From the NCBI RefSeq assembly GCF_006345805.1, contig NC_043000.1, forward strand, positions 56,978,001 to 57,042,000: a DNA stretch of 64,000 nucleotides, given 5' to 3'. The notes under the pieces are model-generated. The model did no database searches. It was not told the DNA's origin and saw nothing but the letters and a program-made list of their open reading frames with translations. Source of the stretch: Octopus sinensis. Taxonomy: Eukaryota. A program made the translations under genes and the position numbers. Shown here one piece after another: positions 11,574 through 23,910 of this stretch (within the stretch, counting starts at the first letter, position 1; each line of letters starts with the position of its first letter).

Positions 11574-12739
11574 CTAACAACATAAATGACACACAATTAC
11601 TGTAGAACTTCATACATAATAAATGGATTTTCTTTTTCCCCAAAACCAAATTGAAATTAAGGTTGTGTATAATACATAGTATTAAGCTACAAATATTTCC
11701 CCATCACTTTTATTAAGAAATAATACAATAATAATTATTTCTTTTACTAAATTAATAAATTTTATATGAAATGAAATATTGGTTTCAAATTTTACACAAG
11801 GCCAGCAGTTGTGCAGGAGAGGCTAAGTCGATTATATCAACCCCAATTCTTGGCTGGTACTTATCTTATCAACTCCCAAAAGGATGAAAGGCGAAGTCAA
11901 CCTTGGTGGAATTTGAACAAAGAACATAAAGATGGATGAAATGCCACTAAGCATTTTGCTTGGTGTGCTAACAATTCTGCCAGCTTGCTGCCTTATATAG
12001 AATGGAATATTAAAAACTACTTCATTGGATTATAAAAGACTATGTAATCATTACCAGCATCGCCTTACTGGCACCTGTGCTGGTGGCATGTGTAAAAGAT
12101 TTGAGCGAGGTCGTTGCCAGTACCGCCTGACTGGTCCCGTGTCGGTGGCATGTAAAAGCACCCACTACACTCTCAGAGTGGTTGGTGTTAGGAAGGGCAT
12201 CCAGCTGTAGAAACTCTGCCAGATCAAGATTGAAACCTGGTGTAGCCATCAGGTTCGCCAGCCCTCAGTCAAATCCTCCAACCCATGCTAGCATGGAAAG
12301 CAGACATTAAACAATGATGATGATCTACTCTTATCATAGTTGTGCAACAATGAGTGTAAGACATGGTGTTAAAAGACTTTTTTTAATAATTTAATCCCAA
12401 AAAATCACGATAGATATTATATATGGTAGGATATTAGACAAAGACTTTTATGGGACACATTTCAAATGAAATATAAAAAAATCTCAAAACAATTGACCAA
12501 ATGTTTAAATGTCTCAAGTGTAATTCAATAGACTTTATCTCTCCACCCTTACAGATATCACACTTATCATTAGAAATTCATATAGTTTTTCATTTAAGGA
12601 CAGAAAATTATCAGAAATTGTATTATATTATCAGTTGAAAGCACAGGACAAGAGACATTATATATCAATAACATATTTAGATTACAATTTTAAATTTCTG
12701 AGATGAGGAATTCATATTATATATTTTGTTTATATTAGT

Positions 12740-13150
12740 CAGACTGGTATCTTCTTCTTGATTGTTGCTGTTTACTACATTTTGGCTGTTGCATACTCCA
12801 GCCTTCTTCAAGTGTCTTGTGTTGAACTCAGTTGAATCAGAATTTCGAAATTAACTCTTTATTTGATTCATGGGGTTAAACTGTTCTCATTCTGATCTCA
12901 GCATTTCTTGAAAATTTTATTGCTTGCAGTACAGTTACTTAGAGGTTCTGAGTTCAATCCTAGCTGAAGTAAAAACATGTCATGAGATGCAAAAAGCAGA
13001 ATGAGAACAGTGTACCCCCATGGATCATATAAAAAGGTTAGGTTCAAAATTCCAATTCAACATCTAGGTTCAACACAACACGCCTGAAGAAGGACGGAAC
13101 TTACAACAGCCAAAACATAGTGAAATCAACACTCAAGATGAGGATATCAC
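12740..13150. repeat. Diverged inverted pair of hammerhead-bearing short repeats (Penelope/retrozyme-like)
   Basis: Arms ~12740-12905 and ~12980-13150 are reverse complements (e.g. tgttctcattctg / cagaatgagaaca). Each has a (c/t)tgaagaagg...cagccaaaa(c/t).tagt motif. Confidence 0.6.
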
Positions 13151-13796
13151 CAAATCTTTAAGCTAAAGATCAGTTCATACCTTATTTCAACTTATATTGT
13201 AGTTAAATGTAAAGGGACATTACTTCGCTATCTTATTCAACCTGATTGACATGTACTTTCAATTAATGGTTGAGTACTTAGTAATATGAAGAGCCTTCCT
13301 TAATAAGTCAACTGGTCTGACAAGCTGAGTACTTGTTATGGAATTTTTGTGGGGTAACTACAAAGATGGTTTCATATTTTATGAGCACCATCTTGTTGCC
13401 AATAGCCAACTTTAAAAAAAATAAAGGAAGAATAGAAAGAGAGAGACAAGAGAAGAATCAACCCCAATACTTAACACTACAGAATGGAAGACAACGTGGG
13501 CCCCGAAAGGATTTGATTTCAGGGTTTAAAGAGCCAGAACAAATACAATTGCAAGACATTCTATTTGGAGCTCAAATGGTTGTACTAGTTTGCCACATTG
13601 AAAGGGTAGAAACATTAAAATGGATAATATGAAGAGCAGCAGCTATTAGCAAAAGCACTTCTTAGCTTTAATGGTATAAAAACTAAAAAATTTGTGAAAA
13701 CTACTTCATTCATATGCTAGCATAGGAACCAAAATGAGTGTAAAACAAAAACAATAAAATAAAGACATGTATTTATAATATAACATGTGGACTTAC

Positions 13797-13989
13797 TTTT
13801 GTGTTGTTTAATTTAGCAAGCGCAGAACATGCAGAGGCCAAAAGGAAGTCACCACTCAAAATGGCCATTTTGTTACCAAAGTCTAAATTGCGTTTCTCAC
13901 TTTTGTCAACTGTCTTCAGATTTAAAACTCCTTTATGAATAAGAGTAGCTGTATGAATCATCTCAGTTAATTCAGCAAGACAGCGCTGG
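13797..13989 (-). CDS. PDSS2: PDSS2 coding exon 3
   Basis: ttttcag|C CAG CGC...ACA AAA|gtaagt. 193 nt, phase 2-0. Encodes [24 protein letters not shown]...[28 protein letters not shown]. The first aspartate-rich motif is degenerate (IHKGV instead of HDDV), as expected for the non-catalytic subunit 2 rather than PDSS1. Confidence 0.95.
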
Positions 13990-14949
13990 CTGAAAATGTA
14001 AAACATAAAATGATATTCAGTCATCAACATTGTAACCTTTTTTGCTATCATATTATTGTTGAAATGCACCTTGTTTCAAATCATTTTGAAAATAATAAAG
14101 AATTTATTAAATTAATTTAGTGGTTTTTAACCTGGTGTTTGGAATATAAATTAACATGGAATTTTGATGGAAGATTTTAATTAAGATTACTTAAAAACAG
14201 AAATTTCGTATCACTGAACCAAGACAGTTTTAGGCAGATTGGTATTAGATGAGTGAAACAATTCCAACATAAATTTCTTGAGGTTTAGAAGTTAATTATG
14301 ATAAAATGTATCATTCTTTGTGTGAAAAATATGAAGGGATGACAGCTATTTGCTACACTTTATATTACTGCCAATACAATACTTATGAATACATTCTATA
14401 ATTCATTCACACATCATCTCTCTTTCTCTAACAAAGCAGGCCCCATTAACAGAAACAACAAAAGTAGGCATTAATTTCAAGTCCAGCTAATATGAACAGT
14501 AAAATGTAATCAACTGTTCAAGAATGTACCAAACACATCATTATGCTTTAATAACAAAGATTGAAATCCAATAGGAACTAAGTGACCAATCAGATATTAT
14601 GGGATTATTTGTAAGAATTATTCAACAGAAGAATTCAAGTAAAGAGTTACACCTTTTCGGGCTTTTTGTTTTTTACAGCTTCCATACCTACCATCAGGAT
14701 CAGTTACACAAAAACTTCAACAGAGATATACAGACATACATACAACAGGCTTCTGTACAGTATCTGTCTTCTACTACTATTTTCAGTCACAAGGTATTGG
14801 TCAATCCAAGGCTACAAATAGAGGACACTTGCTGAAGATGTTATACACTTGGATGGAACCTAATACCATGTGGTTACAAAGCTAACTACTTACCACAATG
14901 ATATTATCTCAGCCTTGTACATACATATATAAACAAATATTTAAAGTGC

Positions 14950-16830
14950 TGGATTCAAACTGGCCCCAAGTAGTCAACTCACCAACAAGGGGTAACAACG
15001 ATTTGGATCTGCTATTTTGCCACTATGCTTAAAACTGTTGTTAGTGTCACTACTGAGGAACCTTTAGGCAACTACAATCATGCTATAATCATGTCAATCT
15101 GTAAGAGAAACAGCCACCACTCCCAAACTGCTTACTATGACTGGAACAAAGCTGACTGGAGCTCCTATTGTACTGAGTTACAGTATCCAAACTGGCTTAC
15201 ATCTTACAATCCTGGAAACGTTAATACTATTCTTCAGAAGATTCATAATTCAGTCTGGACAGCATGCACAGCATCAGAATCACATAAGTGCATTAGAACT
15301 CCAAAGACACAAATTGGTAGACAGCAGCAGTCCACCTTGCCAAGAAAGAACGGTAAGAAAATGACAAGTTGCTGATTACAAAAATAGATTACATAACATA
15401 GGGGATAATAGAAGACAGTACAAGAAAGCATCCAACCATATCAAACAGGTGGTATTTGAATTTAAGAAAGCATCCAACCATATCAAATAGACGGTATTTG
15501 AATTTAAACCACACACAGATGTCAACCTAGATAGAAAATATTATGGAAATATGTGCAGTCAAATCAGAGGCCTCATGCTCCAGCTGTCCATCTTCATAAT
15601 CCCACACAGATCAGATTCCTGATGATCCCAAACAGTGCAGAGAACTAAAAGCTGAATGCTATGCTGGCATCTTTACTGTTGAAAATCCAAATGTACCATC
15701 TTCAATGTTACTGACAACAAATTCTATAATATATATTGAATTTACTCCTGCAAAGCTAGAACACTATCTGAAGTATACGTACATCTATGCTTCCCCTGGT
15801 CTTAAAGATGTTACTTATCTGCTTCTCAAATGCAATGGGTTCTTTCTGCTGCGTCAGCTTTCATTCGTCTTCTAATTCTGCCTTAATAACTATGTTACTC
15901 CACAACAGTGAAAAATTGCCAGCATTATTCCTCTATTCAAAAAGAGTGGCCATACATCACCAGTCAATTATCATTCAGTTAGTCTCACTAGCTGTATTGC
16001 CAAATTGATGAAGTCTTGTGTCAGAAAGACATTCTGGAACTTCTGGAATTCTCATAACTTTGTTCAACCCTCACAAATTGGATTACAGTTTCTGTGGCCA
16101 ACTCATTGAATTTCTTGAAGGCATCACTCAAATCACAAATGGCAGCTCATGGGTGGATGATATCTCAACTTTGCTGGTCTTTAATTTTGGCAAAGCTCGC
16201 TGCAATGGTTGTGAAGGCTAATCTTTATAACTGGTTGAAGTCTTTCATTTTTCAGACAACATTCTGTGAATTAATGATATTTTTGTGTCCCGTGCAGATT
16301 TGCTTTTGGTCCTATGTTGTTTGTTACATATTAAATGAAATAGATGCCAACTTAAAGCCTGTTACTGTGCTAAAATACATAGACAACACTAACCTGTACC
16401 TTGAGATAAAAAGAACAGACCCTATATACTCTAGATCTTTCCTACAATCTAACCTAGACACAATGCAGCAATGGGTTACTGAGTGGCAACTCAAACTGGT
16501 TGTACCTCTTGAAAAAGGATAGCAGCCTCTAAGTGGATGTTCAACCTGCTAAAAACGGAAGCCAAATCACCCTCAAATATCCTAACGTCTTCAAAGAAAT
16601 ACATTAGGTAACATAATTTAAGATATAATATGCCTGAAAAAATATAAGGATGGTTGTCAAAACAAATGACAAGAGCAGACTTGATGATAAACAGGAGTAA
16701 AGTGCACATCTGACAATGTAGTCCCAGATATAAAAAAGAAATGGGATTTTCATTGCTGGAAGTCTGCTTGATCAGAGCTAAGACTAAATAAGTCAGTAAT
16801 ACAGTGAACTGCACTATTCAGAGCATTCTT
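14950..16830 (+). mobile_element. Decayed CR1/Jockey-group LINE (post-endonuclease linker + RT) in PDSS2 intron 2
   Basis: YYDWNKADWSSYCTEL. KIASIIPLFKKSG.TSPVNYHSVSLTSCIAKLM (RT domain 0/1). KYIDNTNLY (YADDTKLY-like). Numerous frameshifts. Confidence 0.8.
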
Positions 16831-16942
16831 TTCCCAGTTATCAAATTATACTAAAGTTTCCAATATGCAATTTCTAAAAAAATTTGTGAAAACATCTAAA
16901 ACTGAAATAGATATTTAATACTTAATTGTGAATAATACTTAC

Positions 16943-17071
16943 TTTGGGTAAATTCCACCAACCCTGGTGTCATCAAGAGTGGAATTAGGACAGGAGCCAG
17001 CAGCTTTAGCAACTAGAAGAATAATAAGACCACATGTTTGTAGATTCTGTTTGCTGTCATGCAGTAGGCCT
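16943..17071 (-). CDS. PDSS2: PDSS2 coding exon 2 (not in the ORF track)
   Basis: ttttcttttcttcag|A GGC CTA...CCA AA|gtaagt. 129 nt, phase 2-2. Encodes GLLHDSKQNLQTCGLIILLVAKAAGSCPNSTLDDTRVGGIYP, matching PDSS2 'GL.HDS..SLQ.RGL+VLL+SKAAG...GIY'. Confidence 0.93.
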
Positions 17072-19555
17072 CTGAAGAAAAGAAAATTTAATTGCATGAA
17101 AATACAACCAATAGAGAAATTAAGAAATTTTAATTTTGTTTTGAATATTAAATTTAGATATCAACATCAAGTTTCTGAATTTGGGAAAAATATCATATAA
17201 ATAAGTTTACAATAGTATATAAAATATTTAAGTATCAAAAAGAAAAATCTTTCACTGGATATTTAAAAATACAGGTCACTAGGATGGAGAGTCAGTAACT
17301 TGGTCATAAATTGTGACAAAAAAGTTTTGCTCTCTTCTTTCTTAATTTGTGTATCATGTGTACTTCAAAACACTTCATCCTTGGATAGCTCTGGAGAAAA
17401 AAAAATGATGCAATGAATGGTTCCTCACAACCCTTCTCACAGTGCAACATAGCCAATTCAGAAAGAGAATAATCAAACCTAATACTTGATCAGTATTTAA
17501 CTATCAATCTCAATAGTTGACTGGCATTTAATTATTAATCTATCAACGCCAAAAAGATGAAAAACAAAAATGATCCCTTATGATATTTGAACTCAAAATA
17601 CAAAAAGCCAAAACAAATATCACAAGGTATTCCATAGAACACTTTAATAATTCTGTTAATTTGCCACCTTGATTAATACTATTGGGAACAAATAAATAAA
17701 TGTATAAAATAAGATGAACCTAATATAAACAGTGTGTTTTAAACAGTATTGAATATAGCCCTGACATGTTGAAATTGTGCCAGTAGCAAGATTAAAATGA
17801 AATGGTAACAATTAGAAACATGAAACCTGGTCCATTCAACACTTTTTTGTTTTCCTAACATTAATTTTAGTTAACAAGAGATGATGATCTTTCACTAATT
17901 CTAACTGAAACTAGTGATAATAAACTGTTATCCAACCAAAGACTGAACCAATAAATTGTGACTGTTATGCAATAATTGTTGTATAATAATTATTTCTGAT
18001 TTAGGCACAGGGCCAGCAATTTTATGGGAAGAGGATTAACCAATATCGTCAAACCCAAGTATTTGAATGGTAGATTATTTTATCAACCCTAGATGGATAA
18101 AAAGCAAAACTGATCTTGGCTGGATTTGAGCTAAGAGCATAAAGTACTGGTAGTAATCAAATGTATAATAATAAACTTCCATTAAGCAGATTGCTGATTT
18201 TACATTTAAATATAATTTACTAGTTCACAAGTAGGAGTGACTGAATTGAATTTTAAATCCTGTCAGCTTGATGCAATTTTTAGATATATCTAAACCCCTG
18301 GAACCTTTATTCTTCATGCCAGAGTTTACAGATAGCTTTTCTGTTTTGTACCATATTTATTTGTGTATAATACATACTTTTTCTCTTTTTTTATTCTATG
18401 AAAAACATATGATTCCTTCAATGCTGACTTCATGACAGGTACACTTTCATGGCCTACACCAGTAAGATCAATGATCATTTTTGAATTTACTCTTTGTTTT
18501 GTTTAGAATGCATAAACTTTTACAATATATTTTATACAGTAGTTATGATAAATCTGGCTAAACACACCTTTTCCACACATAACATAATACCTAAAACAAA
18601 TTGTTAGTGCATACTATAGAGGAAAGGTGATTTTTTTTCCAAATTTCATTGCTTATAATTATAATTGTGTATTATATGTGAGTACATTCTATACACAAAT
18701 GAATGTGGTATGCTTTCTTTGTTTCTGTTCATCTTATACCTGGCTTTTATCAATGGGATGGGAAAATTACGAAATGTTAGTGTCAAGCAGAGTTTATAGG
18801 CACTGGACAAATAGGGTGATTTCACACCTTTTGACCATAAGGGAAATATTTTCTCTACAGTAACTGCAGTGAATTTGGCTTTTAGCAGTTGAAATATGTC
18901 ACAAACATATTTTAACTAACCTAAATTTTGCTTATGCCTATAAACTGCTTGGTACTAGCATTTTGCTATTTTTCCATAATCGGGCAATCTACCAGTGCAA
19001 ATCAGTTAATGCTGTGGACTGTTTTTTACATAAAGCTATTGCTTTATCAGATTTGTTCAAAGTTGCCTCACTTAAGTACATCCTATTGATAAAAGCCAAG
19101 TAGCTTGAAATATTGATGTCTGGGATTTCTGATAGATGGCAACACTGAACAAATCAGGTGTTTTCACACCTTTTTACTGAATTGGCATTAGGAAGGGCAT
19201 CCAGCCGTAGAAACACTGCCAGATTTGACTGGGCCTGATGAAGCCTTCTGGCTTCACAGACCCCAGTAGAACCGTCCAACCCATGCTAGCATGGAAAACG
19301 GACGCTAGACGACGATGATGATGACTGTAAGAGAAATATTTTCTCTACAGCAATTGCAGTGAATTTGCCTTTTAGCAGTTGAAATATGTAATGAACATAG
19401 TTTGACTAACCTAAATTTTGCATATGCCTAAACACTGCTTGGTGCTAACATCACATTATATATATATATATATATAATAATAAATATTAGGGAATGAATC
19501 CAAAATTACAGGGAAAAATCAGATTTAGGGTTAAATCCAATTTTATAGTAAAATA

Positions 19556-19883
19556 TTATATAATATAATTCGAGACAAAACCACTATTTTAAAACCAAAC
19601 AAGGAAAGACTTAATCAATACATAAAATTTTAATATAAATTAAATAAACCGCCACTACAAATGTTTCATGTCTGCTACCGACATCTTCAGGTGGATTTCG
19701 ATCTTCTAATCAGTACAATTTTGATACTGATTAGAAGATCGAAAATCCACCTGAAGATTGTCGGTAGCAGACATGAACATTTGTAGTGGCGGTTTATTTA
19801 ATTTATATTAAATTTTATGTATTGATTAAGTCTTTCCTTGTTTGGTTTTAAATAGTGGTTTTGTCTCGAATTATATTATATAT
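19556..19883. repeat. Near-perfect palindrome (~158-bp arms, 9-nt loop) of Penelope-like terminal sequence
   Basis: 19556-19715 is the reverse complement of 19725-19883, with only a few 1-nt indels. Loop caattttga. Confidence 0.92.
19652..19694 (-). ncRNA. Type I minimal hammerhead-ribozyme-like motif
   Basis: Minus strand CCAC-CUGAAGA-UGUC(gguagca)GACA-U-GAAA-C(auuu)GUA-GUGG gives stem I, core, stem II, GAAA, short stem III, GUA triplet and stem I'. There is one extra U before GAAA. Confidence 0.55.
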
Positions 19884-19909
19884 ATATATATATTATATAT
19901 ATATATATA

Positions 19910-21305
19910 GTTAAGAAGTTTGTTGGGTAAAGCACGTGGGTGAATATATAAGTAAATAGTAAAGTGTGAAAAAACGACAGAAGGCTTAAATGTTAAAAAT
20001 ATATATATGTGTCAAAATGTCTGGAGAATATTGGAAAAATTTTTTTCCTTTCCTTAAAATGACATAATTTTAAAAATTTTTAAAGAAATTACCGGTTTCG
20101 CGTGTACTTTTCAAATTCTTGTGACTTTATGTTTATATTGCATGGAATTATCGTTGTTTTTATTTCCAGGAGATTTCTAAATAAGGGAGTAGTGAGTGAT
20201 TTTTTCCGGTGTAGGGGAGATAATCGCTTAAATTTTTTTTTCCTTTTCCTTGTTAATTTCTCTGTGTCAGTTGTCGATGGTTGAGTCGGGTTGTACTTTT
20301 CAATGAAGAATGTTTCCTTGTTCAGTCTCATTTGTGTTGATGATCCGAAAGCACATTGGTAAAATGGGAAGATTAAAAATTGTGGCAGTAGTTGCTTTGC
20401 GCATTTCTCAATGTGCTCTACATTCTACATACAACCCAAAGAAGCCTTCACCATCATCACCCAGAATTACCAATACTTCATAAAAACCCAAAATAAAGGA
20501 ATTCTAAACAACACCAAATCATTAAAAGCTACAAACAGCCTAAATCACTTAAAAAGATTCTCACAAAGGCAAAATTGTCTTCTAAAATTACGGATGCAAA
20601 AGTAAAAAATGTGGTAGATCGAACTGTGCAACATGTCCTAACCTATTGGAAGGATCAGAATTCTTAAAGAGGGACAGAAATTAAGATCAACTTACTTTAC
20701 TTGTGCCTAAAACATAATTTATGTTATTAATGCTCGGGCTGCCACCAAGACTACGTGGGTTCCACGGGACTATCACTCAGGCGCAGATGCACACTGCATC
20801 GACAACAGATTGCATTCCCAGAATATAGAATGATACCTTTTAGTGAGCACATTGAGAAATGCGCAAAGCACTACTGCCACAATTTTTAATCTTCCCATTT
20901 TACCAATGTGCTTTCGGACATCAACACAAATGAGACTGAACAAGGAAACATTCTTCATTGAAAAGTACAACCCAGACTCAACCATCCGAACATACTGACA
21001 CAGAGAATTAACAAGGAAAAGGGAAAAAAAATTTTAAAGCGATTATCTCCCACACCGGAAAAATCACTCACTACCTCCCCTTATTTAGAAATCTCCTGGA
21101 AATAAAAACAACGATAATTCATGCAATATTACATAACGTCACAAGAAATTTGAAACTACACGGAAACCGTAATTTCTTTAAAAATTTTTAAATTATGTCA
21201 TTTTAAGGAAAAAAAAATTTTTCCAATATTCTCCAGACATTTTGACACAAATATATATATTTTTTAACATTTAAGCCTTCTGTCGTTTTTCACACTTTAC
21301 TATTT
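19910..21305 (+). mobile_element. 5'-truncated Penelope-like element with an inverted copy of its 3' terminal repeat
   Basis: Arms 19955-20418 and 20845-21304 are inverted repeats. The spacer plus right arm encode CGRSNCATC...NIIYVI.CSGCHQDYVGSTG.SLRRRCTLHRQQI...SEHIEKCAK...RLNKETFFIEKYNP (GIY-YIG). Confidence 0.88.
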
Positions 21306-21309
21306 TCTT

Positions 21310-21341
<32 letters not shown>

Positions 21342-21344
21342 TGT

Positions 21345-22495
21345 GGTTGTCTACTCCTTATGCAGAGTTTGACCACCTCCTGTACCTACACCTTAGAACC
21401 ATCATGGCACTGATGTGGCTTTTTAAACCAGACAATGTTCTGAAAAGGTATCCACATACATTGCACATCCAATTTGGACCACCAAGAGGTGCAGATAAGT
21501 TCTGATCTTTGTGGATCTTAAAATGTCTTTTGAGGCCTCCATTAGATTTGCAAACCTTCTGGCATACACTGCATTCAAAGGTGTGCACAGACATATATGC
21601 AGAATAGTTGGTGGAGGCTCGTTTTCCATGGGTTCACAAATGAGATTTGAGCCCAGCAAAAGAAAGGTATGGTCTGTCAGAGACTGTGTACACAAAAAGA
21701 TCATTTTCATTCACCTTCTCAATCGTTACATTCTTCCTTAGATCTCTTTTGAGTCTTACTTGCGTTATCCTGGCCTCTTCAAATGCTTTCACTCCACTCC
21801 ACACTTTTGTTTATAATCCAGCTTGATCAAAAGCTAGGGTTTCTATGTGTTCTGGATCCATTCCAAGTAACTTCATAGTAGTCATTATGCCATCCTTAAA
21901 CCTTTTTGTAGGATAACGCCAATAGCGTTTCCCCTCTGCAAGCTCACCATAAAACAGCTGTTTCGGCATGCGTTCATCTTGCCATTCAAATAATATGGCC
22001 ACACCATCTCATTTGGTTCCTCAAAATCATAGCTTTAATTGAGGTGATACCTGCAGATGCAAGGAGATCTGCGTTTGGAGTAAAAGAACTCCATTTAATG
22101 TTTAAAATGCGATGAAGACATTTTTGGTGGAATTGTTCTAACAATTTAAAATGCTTTTCATAACAAGAATACAACAGGAATGGTAAAACAAATGATTTGT
22201 AAAGAGCCAGCTTTGTATTCTTATTTATTTGTTGCTGGCACCAAACATGTCACTCCAAGCCACCAAATGCTTTTGATGCCCTTTGAATTCGCAGATGTAT
22301 TTCTGTATCAAGAATTCCATCATTTTGTACAGAGCTTCCAAGGTAGATGAACATATCAACAACCTCAAGTAACTTACCCTTAACAAAAATTTTAGTGGGT
22401 TTACAAACAGTACTACACACAGGCTGATGCATTACAACTGTTTTTTTCAAGTTGATGGTCAAGCCAAAATCATCACAAGTTGAGTCAAATGCAGA
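21345..22495 (-). mobile_element. RTE (BovB-like) LINE 3' fragment with C-terminal C2H2 fingers
   Basis: FGLTINLKKTVVM...FIYLGS...EIHLRIQRASKAFG. RNQMRWCGHII. RMPKQLFYGELAEGKR...KRFKD. C..C.KVCKSNGGLKRH..IH and C..C...FRTLSGLKSH. Confidence 0.9.
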
Positions 22496-23322
22496 TATAT
22501 ATATATACACTCACACACAAACGCGTATATCATATATAGCAGCATGGAAAATAGATGTTAAATGATGACAGACTGACTGAATGCATGCATACATGCATCC
22601 ATACATACATACATTCATATTTTGGCTTAATGGGAAGAGAAAGAATAGTGTCCATGGGAATGTTGGAGGAAAAGGAAGGAGAACCTACAAATCTTAGGTC
22701 ACTGTACTAGGAAACAACATATCCATTTATTGAGTTATCAATTCTAGCACCAGATCCCTGGTCTGAATGTTGACAACAAAGTCGTCTCTGCTGAAGGCAT
22801 CCAAAAATATGGTGGTCTACTCAGTTTTACTGTCTTGTTTCCTTTAATAATTTAACAAATAATGAACAAGTTCTCTCCCTTACTTTCGGTGACGCTTCAG
22901 TCAATCTAACGTTATTGTAGAAGATATTCAATGTTCTATACAATGAAATTGAACAAAGAACCATGATTTTGCAAAACAAAATTTTTTAACCACATGCCCG
23001 TATACATACCATAATGAATACTTTCTCATTCATTACAAAAATTGAAATTGTTAAAATATAATTAGTCCACCAACTCAACATGAACATTCTTAAACTTAGT
23101 ATACCTGGATCTCAGTCAGTTTCTACAATGAGTTTTCAGTTTTAGAGTCGACTGAATTATCTGCTCTGTGAATTAACATGTAAGTAGCTGAGTATCCTAC
23201 AGACACTTGATTGTTTTTAATTAATCAGGTATTATCTTGCAGTTTCAATATTTCAATGACGTGATACTTTATTTTTACAATGACCGTCCAACCCATGCTA
23301 GCATGGAAAGCGGACGTTAAAC

Positions 23323-23353
<31 letters not shown>

Positions 23354-23753
23354 GTAGAATAGGTGTGAGAAGCCAGACCTGGCCAGTCTGAGCATGAAAC
23401 AGGTAGAATATTTGGGCCGGATATGGCCGTTTTAAATGCTAAATGGCTAACAGAATCGTCATGCAGAATCAGCAAGGTGGAGTGTAACAAGGCTGGATCT
23501 TTGAATTACGTGTACAATCCAACCATCAGGATTCTATACCTGCTTTGTACATCCTGTTCTATTCACAAGGCTTAAGTCAACTTAAGGAAATGTCAAAAGG
23601 CTCTTGCCTAAGGCATACATAGTGAGATCAAATCTGGCATCTCTTGACTGTGAAGCAAACTTCTAAACCTTTTCAGTATGTAACATGTGACAAATGAGTT
23701 CTCTCTCTTATTTATATTAGCCTACATGTTATATGAGGGAATATAACTTGAAC

Positions 23754-23910
23754 CAGGCATGAGCAACTGTTTCCAAGAAGCGGGCTACATGAGATATGGC
23801 TCGTCAAGCAGGCCACATTACTAAAAAAATTTTTAAGTAAAATTTCAATAAGTACTGAGATTATCCCACAAGCTGCATGTGGTCCTCCAGCTGCAGCTTG
23901 CCCATGGCTG
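23754..23910. mobile_element. Small hAT-type MITE
   Basis: Imperfect TIRs caggcatgagcaactg / cagcttgcccatggctg. Any 8-bp TSD is degenerate. Confidence 0.5.
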
